In this document: in pieces, positions 9,140 through 18,804 of the stretch
Layout: each line of letters begins with the position of its first letter
Numbering within the stretch: position 1 is the first letter of the stretch
Assembly (NCBI GenBank): GCA_003971905.1
Contig: RSEE01000114.1
Span: forward strand, 174,027-194,026
Source: Moniliella sp. 'wahieum'
Taxonomy: Eukaryota
Reading direction: 5' to 3'
Length of the DNA: 20,000 nucleotides
Translations under genes and position numbers: made by a program
Notes under the pieces: model-generated
The model's database searches: none
The model's input: only the letters and a program-made list of their open reading frames with translations
What the model was told of the DNA's origin: nothing

Positions 9140-10311
9140 ATAGCGAGATTTAGATACTGGCCAAACGAAGTACAGATTATGGCCGTGCTTTTAAACCATT
9201 TTTTCCGGGAACTTGGTTTTATCCCATACCCACCCGCAGCCGTGTTCTCAGCGATAACTAAGAAGCACACAGACGGCCGTACGAGAATAACTCGACCGAG
9301 AGGTCGCACAGGTCGAGGACAACACACTTGGTTAAGACGGCCGAGACAGGGTTGTTTAACGTCTTTACATCTACGCGTTTGTGCGAGAACCACAGTCCAG
9401 TGTTGACGTTGTAGAATCAATCCACAGGCCACCGAATGCTGAGGCAAGGAGAGATTGTGGGCTCAGCCGGGCTCGCCCACCTGCATTGGCCCATGACGTC
9501 ACGCTCCTTTTCACAGAGCGAGTCGGCTAGTTCAAAAACACTCTCTTCTTCCCACGGATGTGTCGCGGGCATGCCACGCTCAGTACTGTTCTGTGCACAC
9601 ATACTATCTCCTTCTCACCTTCATCGTTGAAACACAGCCTGTTTTAAGGACGGACGCTGTACGGCGAGAGATAGGGGAGCTTTCCGCCTTTCAGTGTCCT
9701 CAGTCGATCGGCGGTATCATGTTGGAGGTGTTATTTTGAAATGGCTACATGATGGGTCGTCTGCGGGTGCTGATAAGCCACAATGAATCGTCTCGTGAAA
9801 AAGCCAATTGTTCGCGGCAAGGGCAGCTTGCTTACTTCTTGCTCTTTCCTCCCAGTTGCGTGGCTCAAAACTTGGTGCGAATTTGACTTCCCGCGCATAG
9901 GTTCGGACGTGGACCAGATTGGGGCGAGGGAGGCAAATGGGGCTTACAGGCGCCCCGTCTCTGCCCGTGACCACAGCCAGCCCAACGTCGCTTGGCCTGC
10001 TTATTCTCTTTGTGGGAAGAGGAATTGAAGTGCAGTATCCGTGTTACCAGGCCCTTGTCTGCGCCGTCTATGTGTTTTGTGTGGGTTCTCGACGCCTTTT
10101 GCTTGGCAAGTGCTCCTTGGCTTTCCCTTTGCCATGGGGTCGAGGGTGTGCGTCCGAGCTCGCGTTGCGAAGCTGGGAGATGGAAGGGGTCTGTACGCCG
10201 GGCCGGACAGACTCAGGCGCCGTCACACTCCCGTCCCGCTTGTAGCAAAATGCCACGGCCGACACGGGCGTTGTTGACGGTGGGCGCGCAACACAGTGTG
10301 AGAGTCATAGC
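9140..10311 (-). pseudogene. Relic R7: decayed Ulp1/C48-like protease gene abutting or interrupted by the retroelement
   Basis: Three listed minus ORFs (10068-10265, 9717-9974, 9417-9602) share one frame. Motifs: QAALAANNWLFHETI (Trp 9806, like LxxxxWLNDExI), WPV...RQHWTVVLA (His 9402-9400, after a frameshift) and LFSYGRL (9281-9270, possibly from YDSL). TACTAAC branch point at 10333-10327 with CAG at 10313-10311 upstream. Confidence 0.45.
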
Positions 10312-10606
10312 TGATTGAATAGCGCTGTTAGTACGCCGTGAAGAGGATTTTGGTGTTGGCTATAAAAGACAGTGGATATAGAGTGGGCGACGGCCAACAG
10401 ATGGCCGATGGTGAGAGAGAGCGGGGTGTCCTCATAGCTGAGGATGCGTGGTCGGCTGTTGAGTCCATGCCTGCGCCGGACGTGTGCGACGAGTGAGACG
10501 AGCTGAGGTTAAAGCACGTCAACGCCATCCACATCGGCGCCCCCGTGAAATCGAAGGGCGAAGGCGCGCTCAGTTGAACATTCCAAAGACCGACTGCTGA
10601 CTGGAC

Positions 10607-10643
10607 TGACGTCATCGGCGCCTGGCGGCGGCCACAACACGTG
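10607..10643 (+). promoter_or_regulatory. Candidate CRE (TGACGTCA, 10607-10614) and E-box/Pho4-type CACGTG (10638-10643) upstream of the phosphatase
   Basis: Perfect palindromes 50-90 nt upstream of ATG 10695. A TATAAAAG lies at 10361-10368. Function is inferred only. Confidence 0.35.
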
Positions 10644-10694
10644 GAAGCGCGTCGGCGCCATCCTGGGCCACCCCCCCGCCCCGCCACCTCCGCA

Positions 10695-12584
10695 ATGGCC
10701 GCGCCCGATGCCGCTGGCCAGGCCATGGACCCGCGCCGCCCCGATATACTTGCGCCCGAGTATGTCCAAGCTACCGACCGCCGCGGCGATGGCGCCGGCA
10801 GCTACGGCCGCGCCCAGCACCCGCTGCTCGCCTGGACCCCGCCCCCCACTCTCCCCGGCGCGACCGCGCCGCTGCGACTGGCCCAGGTCCACTACTTTCT
10901 CCGCCACGGCGAACGCGCGCCGGTCCGCGAGCGTCTTGCCCACGCCTCTCCTCCCATCCCCACGCACTGGAACTTCTGCCAAGAGACCAACCGCTTCCGC
11001 CTCTCCGTCCTCCAGCGCCACACCCAGCTTGCCCGTGCGTCCTCCTCTCCCGAACCCACCATCGCCGCCTCCGATCCCGCGGCCCAGGTGTGCGAAAAAC
11101 TGTCGTTTGCCCGGGCCGACGCTAGCTTGGCCTCCGATTCACCCCCGCCGACGGCCAATCCGTTCCACCCGGCATATACCAGCAGCACTGCCACCGCCAC
11201 CGCCACATCCAACACCAGCCCACAGCTCGGCCCGCTGCCGCTCGCGCGGCGTGCAGTCGAAGCGGTGGACGGGCGTGGTGAGGCCGACGCCCTCCAGCCG
11301 GGCAACTGTCTCTGGGGCGAGCTGACAGACGTGGGGCGAGCTTCGACGTATGCGCTCGGTACGCGCCTCAAGCGTCTCTACATTGACCATCTCGGGCTCA
11401 TCCCGCCCTTGCCCACGTTGACCCAGGCCGAGGGCGATGCGTGGATCTACATGCGTCATACGAATGTGCTCCGTTGTGCCGAGTCGCTGCAGAACGTAGT
11501 TGCTGCACTCTTGGAGCCGGGGAACCCCGTCGGCAGCGGGTCGGCAGCGGCAGCGGTGGCGCCCGTGACCGCGCCCAACGCGTATTTGCCCACCCTGAGG
11601 GTGCGCAACTCGTCGGATGAAAACCTGGTGCCCAATACGGCCGCCTGTCCCATCCTGCGCCGCTTGTTGCGTGACTTTTCGGACCGCGCGGCGCGGCGCT
11701 GGAACCCAATCTTGGCTGGGTTCGACAGCCAACTTGCGCCGCAAAACGATGGTCGTCCGCTGAGGGTGGACAGCCAGCCGCGGCTGTCGGGGTGTTTGAT
11801 ACGTTGAACGCAGCCTTGGCGCATGGCCTGCCCGTTCCGGCTCCGTTTGATCCGCTTACACGGCGCCTCATGGAGCGGGCGGTGGTGGACGAATGGCTTG
11901 GGGGATACGTGACCCGGTCTGAGCGCGCCCGCACGCGTGTCCGCCGCCTTGGCTTGGGTCCGCTCTTGGTCCGCCTCGCAGACCAGCTTGAAACCAAGGC
12001 GTCGCTCCCGCCGCCAGCGCCGGGCACGTCGGGCCCAGGCGCGCAAGGCAGCGCCTATCAACAAGGAGCCAAAGCGACACGGGCGATGCTCGACCGGCGG
12101 ACGGGACGCGCTTGGCAGTGTATGCGGCGCATGACACGACCCTGTCTGTGCTGCTGGCGACGCTGGACGTGTACGAGGCACGCTGGCCCGCATTCAGTGC
12201 ATCACTGGGGATTGAACTCTTTGCAGACGATCGACCTTCGGAGCGGCGGCCTTCGTTGGCGGGGCAGGCCGCGCGGGCGCTGGTGGGACTGGTGGGGCTG
12301 GGACCCGGTGGGGCCCGGCAGGAAGAGGAGGCTGGGCGACTGGGGTCGCGGCCGCATTATGTCCGGCTGCGCTACGGCGACGACCGCTCCTGTTGCCTGT
12401 CTGCAGTGCCCCGGGCAAGCATCTCGCCTACACCGACCCGGCCACAGGCGAGCGGCACACCCACCCGGAGTTCTGCACTCTCGAGGCATTCGTCGCCGCG
12501 CTCCGGTCGATTGGGCCAACCAGCCCCAAGGAGTACGCCGAGCTGTGCGAGTTGCCCATGGAGCCGATCCACTTCCGGCAATAA
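10695..12584 (+). CDS. Histidine acid phosphatase (branch 2), fungal SPBC4.06-like; three apparent -1 frameshifts
   Basis: RHGERAP (10902-10922), GELTDVG...LG.RL..LY, R..ES, LAVYAAHDTTL (HD 12130-12135), HYVRLRY, PVCSAPGKHL and EFCTLEAF. Frame changes near 11790 (GGGG run), before ~12112 and ~12390. Stop TAA at 12582-12584. Confidence 0.9.
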
Positions 12585-13391
12585 ATGTGACCAACCCCAA
12601 GATGTATCCTTCTGCCCTCTCCTCCCGTAGCCCACCCGACCACCATTACCGTCAATATCTTCGCCCAACACCCCCCAGCCGCCAGCCACGAGCGGAACTC
12701 TGGGACCCAGATGTGTCTTCACGCACCTCAACAACACGCTCATCGATCGTCAAGCTCTGCGCCGACAACGACTCGCGTGTGAACACTACCCCTCCCTGCA
12801 TACACCCTCTGAACCGTTCGGCAGTCGGTGTCGGCCCCTATTTGCAACTGCAGTGTACTCCCCCACACATGTCCTTGCGTCACATCTTCTTCTTTGACCT
12901 CAACATCTGGGACTGGACCCGGAGCAGAAAGATTGCCCTCGGCCACCCCGCCCCACTGGCTAGCCACATTGATTAATCTCCATTCATCGCTATGCTCTCG
13001 GTTGAGAGTTGAGTGTGGGGCATGTTGGTTCGTTTGCATGTGTTCCCCGCACTCTTCTGCATCTGCTGCTGCTGCTGTATCCAAGCGGGCCGATGAGGAT
13101 TGATGAGGGGAACCGACTCTCTTGCATAGTCGATATACTGTTCGGCGCACTGGGCTTGCTGCCCACACTTGCGTCTTTGCCCAATTTGCTTGTAATCCTT
13201 TGCCTTTTCCCCTGCTTGGAGCCAGCACCACGTTGCCGTGCACATGCACCAGATAGCATGAGGACGGTCTGACCACCAGGGCAAAAAGCTCTCGGTAGTA
13301 AGCAGACCATGCTCCGCTTGTCCTCTTCCGGGGAAGATAAGTACGCCCTGACCATGAGGCCGATGGGTGCGGGTGCGGACATGGTTACGCC

Positions 13392-15538
13392 TTAAGTGCG
13401 TACCACAAAAAGGTGCTCCGGCCAGATGAACCCTCCGGCGCCCCAGTCCCATCGAAGCAACCGGACCCCATCCACGCCATGGTCCACCTTCCAAGCCAGT
13501 CATGCACGAGTCAGTAGGCTGTACGAACGAAATGAACCCCATCCGAGCCCCCAAGCCAAACCATCTTCCACACGTACCGTCCAAACGCGATGGCGGAATC
13601 CGATCTGGGTCAACGTTGGTGCCGCGCCTTGAGCAATTGAGACCAAGTCCTCCTCCTCGAGCTGGCACTGAGACCGAGCGGAGCTCAAGATGTGCAGGGT
13701 GCGTAAGTGCGGGCAGCGAGCGAGGTAGGTGGTGATTCGCTGAGCCTGGTCGTCCGCCTCGTACAGGTGCACGACCAAGTCTTCCAATTGAGTAGCCGTG
13801 CGCGTGAGCAAATCCAGTTGGTCCAAGCTCATCCCGATCCCATAGATGCGGATCGTCCTCAGAGTGCGGAGGGGTAGTAGGGCCCGCAGCAGGCCCCAGT
13901 CTAATGAGGGACCGGACATGGGCAGGAGTTCGTCCTCGTCCTCGGAAACGCCACTATCCCCGAACCTTGCGGACGTGCCTTCAACCGCCTCGGTGCCACC
14001 CGTGGCGTAGAAGGTGAACGCGCGGACGTGGGGAAGCTCACCCAAGAGATGAGAGAGGGCAGTGAAGTACGAGTGGACTTCAGCCGCCGAATGCAGAATG
14101 GGGTAAGTCAACGTTAGTGCTTCCAGAGATTGGACATGGGGGATCATCTGCTCCATATCTTCCGCTCGCTGTAGGGGACGGGAATGAGATGTTAGTTCAG
14201 TACAGGGCCAAAAAGGAAGCGCGGCGCAAATAGTCACGTACGAATCCGACACTTTCAAGCTTGAGGATCTTGACCTTGCCCGCCTGAAGGAGCGGGAGGA
14301 ACCCGCGTGCGGAGACGGCCTTGCAGCCCGCCAGGCTCAAGGTATGTAACTGGGGCACGTAGGGCACCGAGGCGAGCAGGTGCTCGTCTCGCACAAAAGT
14401 GCTATGGTTACACAAGATCTCCAACCGGCGCAGGTGGCCGGCGAGGTGGGCGATTAAGCGCGGGATGAAGCTAGCCAAGTTTCGGTCGGGCATGATGAGC
14501 ATCACTTCCTCCACGCCCCTCTGGTCCGGGGGAAGGGGGAGGTGCTGGCGCAGTTCTCGCTCTGCTCTCTGAACCGAGACGGGGTCATCTCTTTCTTCAT
14601 CACCATGGGGCCCAGTGCCGAAAGAGAGGGGCACAGTGGCGTACTCTGTAGTAGAGAGCGGGCGCAAGATCGCCTTGCAGTGTGCCGATCGGGGTGCAGG
14701 AAGCGAGCGAGCGAATGAGCAAGGCAGGATCGTACGTTCGTGTCTCCCGTCACTTCGATCGCGCGCAGAGAAGTAAGATGGGGAAAGACATCGACGATGA
14801 TCCGGTCGTTGAGGGATCCGGTACGGGTCCAGGCCAAGCACGTGAGCTGGGTCGCGGCGCGCAGGGACGTAACAATATCTTGCTCCATCTGGTCCAGCGC
14901 GCGCAGGGACAGGGCGAAGGGATACACGCGCAGCTCTGGCCATCGTGAATCATAGTGTTAGCAAGTGTTCGGGCGGCACATCAAATGAAGGAAGGAGAGA
15001 AAGAAGGAAGAAAGGGGAATGAGCGCACCCAACACTTTAATCCGACGTGCATGTGCAGATTGTGGGCCAAGGAGGCAAACAAGCGCACCACCCGGCCTTG
15101 ATCGCGTCTGGAGAGCATCCGGGATCAGCTTCTGAGCTCTCAACGTTCTAGCAAGGCGGCCATCAAACACGAGCAGGACCCCCGGCGAGGGGAGGGAGAG
15201 AAGCGGGATGGCGGGGGGCGGAAGGAACATACAAGACGATTCGTTCGTACAGCAGCGGCTGTGCCACCTCGTTCCACCACTTACTTACGCGCGCACACGC
15301 GGCCAAGTCGCCGATGCGGTGACGCAGGACGCGGAGGATGAGAGGGAGCAGCTCGGGGGGCAGGCGAGCGAGGTCAAGCGTGGCGGGGGTGGGGGGGGGT
15401 AGCGGTGGTGGAGGGTATGCGGTCGAGCTCGGCGCGGAGCGCATGGAGGGGGGCATCCGCAGGGTGGCGCGGCGGCGGGGGTCCGTAGGCGCAGGCGGAG
15501 GGGTCGCTGGCATAGGTCGAAGGGGGGTGGGATGGCAT
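13392..15538 (-). CDS. F-box plus RNI-like leucine-rich-repeat protein (6 exons; several apparent indels)
   Basis: F-box LARLPPELLPLILRVL...DLAACARVSKWWNEVAQPLLY and LRR-like units (LRRLEI, LHTLSLAGC, LRTIRIYG, LRTLHI). Introns 15108-15232, 14936-15028, 14646-14735, 14169-14241 and 13488-13577. Last exon VDHGVDGVRLLRWDWGAGGFIWPEHLFVVRT*. Start may be 15609 (see findings). Confidence 0.8.
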
Positions 15539-15547
15539 CGGGCTCGT

Positions 15548-15609
15548 CGAGCCATCGAGCCCATCGAGCCCATTGAGCCCATCGAGTCCATCGAGCCCAT
15601 TGAGCCCAT
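15548..15609 (-). repeat. 9-bp tandem repeat ATGG[GA]CTC[AG] x7, each unit starting with ATG (MGS)n
   Basis: Plus-strand units cgagccat, cgagcccat, cgagcccat, tgagcccat, cgagtccat, cgagcccat, tgagcccat, directly upstream of the F-box gene ATG. Confidence 0.92.
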
Positions 15610-15901
15610 GTGGGTGACGGAAGCAGCCTGAGAAAGAGGAGGCCGCTAACACGATTGATAGATTGATTGCCAACAAATCTCCTCCGGCCCCATCGCCGCC
15701 GCCATTAACTAATCCCACACTCTCCCCCGGAAGCCACATTGGCTCCGTTCCAGTGGGCTGGCTCCTGTGGCGGGCGGCGCAAGGCCTGATCGACCTGATC
15801 GGCTGGCTGGCTATGCGTTGCCAACACCTGCCGGCTATAGTTCTGAAGTGGTGCTGTGGATTAACCGAGAAAATGGGGGGGTGGACTCTGTGCACTTACT
15901 T

Positions 15902-17303
15902 TTAGTTTTGCGATGCTTCCGCGGGCGCTGGCCCAGGCGCGTCGGGCTGCGGCCAGAAGGCAGGTATCGAGGGCAGGACCTTAACCACTGGGCCTTGGGG
16001 CAGGTCGAGGCGCACCTCGGGGGGTGGATCGGCGCCCTGCTCGGCAAAGCGCGGGTCGACGAGGTCGAGGCGCAGGAGCGCCAGCGCATAGGGTCCCACT
16101 CGGCTCCCGACCTTGCCAGCGGGTCGGACGCGGCGTGGGCGCGGTTCATCAGAAGCAGCGCGATGGGGAAGGACAGACGTGCCGACCGGGACGGAGGGTG
16201 CGCCCAGCCCCAGGGACGCCCAAGGCTCTGGCGTATCGTCCTGCACCTCCGCCTCGAGCAAGACCGGGACCACGCGCTTGCGCACCAGCCCACGGTGGTG
16301 CGTGCGAGAAGTCAGTTCTTGGCCAATGTAGCAGCCTTTGCGGAAGTCCACTGGCAGAAGAGAGGGGGTATGGAGGAGCAGTTAGCATGGCTAGTGAACA
16401 ATAGCGGAGGGAAGGAAACGCGCATACCTCCATTCATGTAGTCTAAGTTGACTTCAAGCGGGATGGACGAGTCGGGCACCATGTCATCCACTCCCTCGCC
16501 CACCCCTTGCCAGATTCGATGTAGCGTGTACAGCTCCTCTCCTCTCCCCGGATCCGAGAAGCTGGAAGGTAGCTCGATCTTGGCCGTGTCGACGAGGAAA
16601 CGAAATTGCATGCCATCGGAGCGCGGGTCGCGCGCAGCCACCAACGCGGCCGGCCCTCCTTCTGCGCCCTCCGGGGAAGGGGCGAGACCAACAGAAGCAG
16701 TGGCAAAGAGCTGGTACCACAGTGGCGGCGTATTTTCTTCGTCCCACTGCGGCACAGGGGTGGCGCCCTGGTCAGAGACAAAGTAGTCCTTCAACTGCGG
16801 GGGAAGCGGCGGTGAGAAAGAAGACTTGGCCGACGCGGTAGGTGGGCAACTCTTGGAAGGTGCACTTGGAGCGCAGCTTGAACTTCTTGATAAGCGACAG
16901 CGCCTCGTCCCCACACGCCGATCCATGTCAATCAAGACGGAGGGTTCGGGCCCCACTTCGGGGAAGAGCAGCAGGTCAGCAACCATGCGACCCTGCGGCG
17001 TGAGGAGACCGGCGTAGGTAGCGTCGACCTGGATCGGCGTTTGGTGTTCTTGGGCGTGGGCAATTTGTTGGGCCAGCTCCTGGACCCGCATGACATCGTT
17101 CGTCACGAGGCCTGCAGCAGCTTGAACGTGTCGCGTCCCTGGCGCGGTTAGACTGCGGTGTGGGACGGGGGCGACGACCCACTCGCCGGACGCGGGAGCG
17201 TCCTGGAGCACGCGTGCGGTGGCATGTAGCGCTCTTGCGCCAAGGGCCGGGGGGCGCGCAGAAGGGGGCGCGCATGGCGGATGGCGAGCGCGGGGCTCAG
17301 CAT
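15902..17303 (-). CDS. IBA57: Mitochondrial Fe-S cluster assembly factor IBA57/CAF17 (YgfZ/GcvT-like); several apparent indels
   Basis: Presequence-like [28 protein letters not shown], then [35 protein letters not shown] and [42 protein letters not shown] spans intron 16351-16427. KGCYxGQE at 16339-16316. Confidence 0.93.
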
Positions 17304-17317
17304 GGCCGGATGGGAGC

Positions 17318-17373
17318 GGTGGTGGTAGTAGTAGTGATGGTGGTGGTGGTGGTGGTGGTGGTGGTGGTGGTGG
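17318..17373. repeat. (GGT)n/(AGT)n trinucleotide microsatellite
   Basis: ggtggtggt agtagtagt gat (ggt)x11, in the IBA57 leader within the short divergent IBA57/VFA1 intergenic region. Confidence 0.95.
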
Positions 17374-17398
17374 ACGCTGGGCGTGGCGCAACGGCGAC

Positions 17399-17406
17399 TG
17401 ACGTCA
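17399..17406. promoter_or_regulatory. CRE palindrome TGACGTCA in the bidirectional IBA57/VFA1 promoter
   Basis: Perfect palindrome near the middle of the ~220-nt gap between the divergent ATGs at 17303 and 17523. Confidence 0.4.
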
Positions 17407-17522
17407 ACCTCGCCCTCGCCGTGGCTCAGCGTCCGCGCGCTCAGCGCCAGCGGCCCAGCCAGCAACAACCAACCACCGCCAGACGGTAGGGTTAGTCCAC
17501 CTCCACCGCCATCCATCCGCCC

Positions 17523-18203
17523 ATGTCCGCGCCGCCCATCCCGCCCAAGCCCAGCGCACTGCAGGGCGAGCCTCTGCCGCGGTCTGCGCCTCCCTCGTCC
17601 CCGCACCTGCACCCGCCGCTCCGGCGCCCGCCGCTGCGGCCAAGCCCATCAACAAGTACATCCGCCGCCTCGCCGGCACGCCCAAGGCCTGCTTTGTTTG
17701 CCACCGCCCCAGTCCTGTTGTGCTGGTCTCTGTCTCGCTGCCGAACGAAGACTTCTTCTACACGTGTGCCTCCCACCTTGCCGACCGGCACTTTGCCACG
17801 CGATCGACGCGCCGGCCCCGCCGCCTCCCAAGGTGAGCCAAGAGGAGATTGAGCGCATCAAGCAAGAGTACGAGGCCAAGCTAGCCAAGAAGAAGGACAC
17901 AGACGGAGATAAGGACAAGAAGGAGAAAGAATCTTCTTCCTGGCTTGGATCGGCTGTGGGCACGGTAGGCTCGTTGGCGAGTGCGGTGGCGTCGATTGCG
18001 GCGCCGTCGCCGGTGGAGACGCCAGCACCAGCGGCGGCGGCGGCGGCGCCCGCACCGGGGACCCAAGTGCCAGTGGCGCCCACGAGCGCTATGTGCTGGA
18101 CCGGGGGTACTTTGCGATGCGAATCGAGCTGTGAAGAAAGAAACGGGAGGCAGCTAAGCGGATGCGCGCGCTGCACATGCCGTCGGCGCCGCGGGCCATG
18201 TGA
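17523..18203 (+). CDS. VFA1: VPS4-associated protein 1 (Vfa1/DUF1742) homolog; three -1 frameshifts and an in-frame TGA at 18132
   Basis: Stitched frames give NKYIRRLAGTPKACFVCHRPSPVVL...EDFFYTCASHLADRHFAT (CxxC...C..H), VSQEEIERIKQEYEAK, a K/D-rich linker and HERYVLDRGYFAMR...PSAP, the typical fungal Vfa1 layout. Confidence 0.82.
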
Positions 18204-18630
18204 GCGAGCGAGAGGGCGAAATGGCACGCATCTGTCTGTTTGGTATACCCCCACCCAGCCCCCACCCGCCGCACCGGCCGGGATGTAGCATAGGAGCATG
18301 CAGCACCACCACCACTACGCCCACCCCGCGTGCTACCCGAGCGTCCTTGCCAGCGCATGCCCGTGCATTCGTGCGCCCGCCGGTGGATGGCGTGGCGGCG
18401 ACGGCGCGCATGGAGGCGCGGTGGAGGCGCGGTGGAGGCGCTGCGTCGCCCGGCGCGTCCATCCGCCGCATCGGCGGCGCCCATGCGTGATGCAGTGATG
18501 CGCGGTGTCGGATGCGTGACGGCCCCCCCGCCCACCCCCAGGAACATTGCCACACTGGCGCCGTGGGGAGCGACCGTCGCCCGGCGGGCTGACGTAAGCT
18601 GGTGCTGGAAGGACGCTGGCGTCCCTGGTC

Positions 18631-18740
18631 CGCCTCGCCGTCGGCGCCATCGCCATCGCCACCGCCATCGTCATCGTCCTCCCCACTGCCATCGCCACTG
18701 CCTTCGCCACTGCCTTCGCCATCGCCGTCGCAATCGCACC
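18631..18740. repeat. Degenerate (CGCCAT/CGCCAC)n hexamer low-complexity tract
   Basis: cgccatcgccatcgccaccgccatcg...ccactgccttcgccactgccttcgccatcgccgtcg, upstream of ATG 18805. Confidence 0.8.
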
Positions 18741-18804
18741 AGCTGTGTCCCCGCACGGCCTTTCCCCCGCCTAGACCCCGTCTCCACCACTACCACCACT
18801 CCCC

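Noticed and set aside
11780..12400. Programmed ribosomal frameshifting in the phosphatase
   Set aside because: The same kind of shift occurs in all neighbouring unrelated genes and no slippery heptamer was evident; sequencing error is more parsimonious.
12585..13391. Several overlapping open frames between the convergent phosphatase and F-box genes
   Set aside because: No recognisable motif or consistent gene structure. Most likely 3' UTR or intergenic sequence, although a small orphan gene cannot be excluded.
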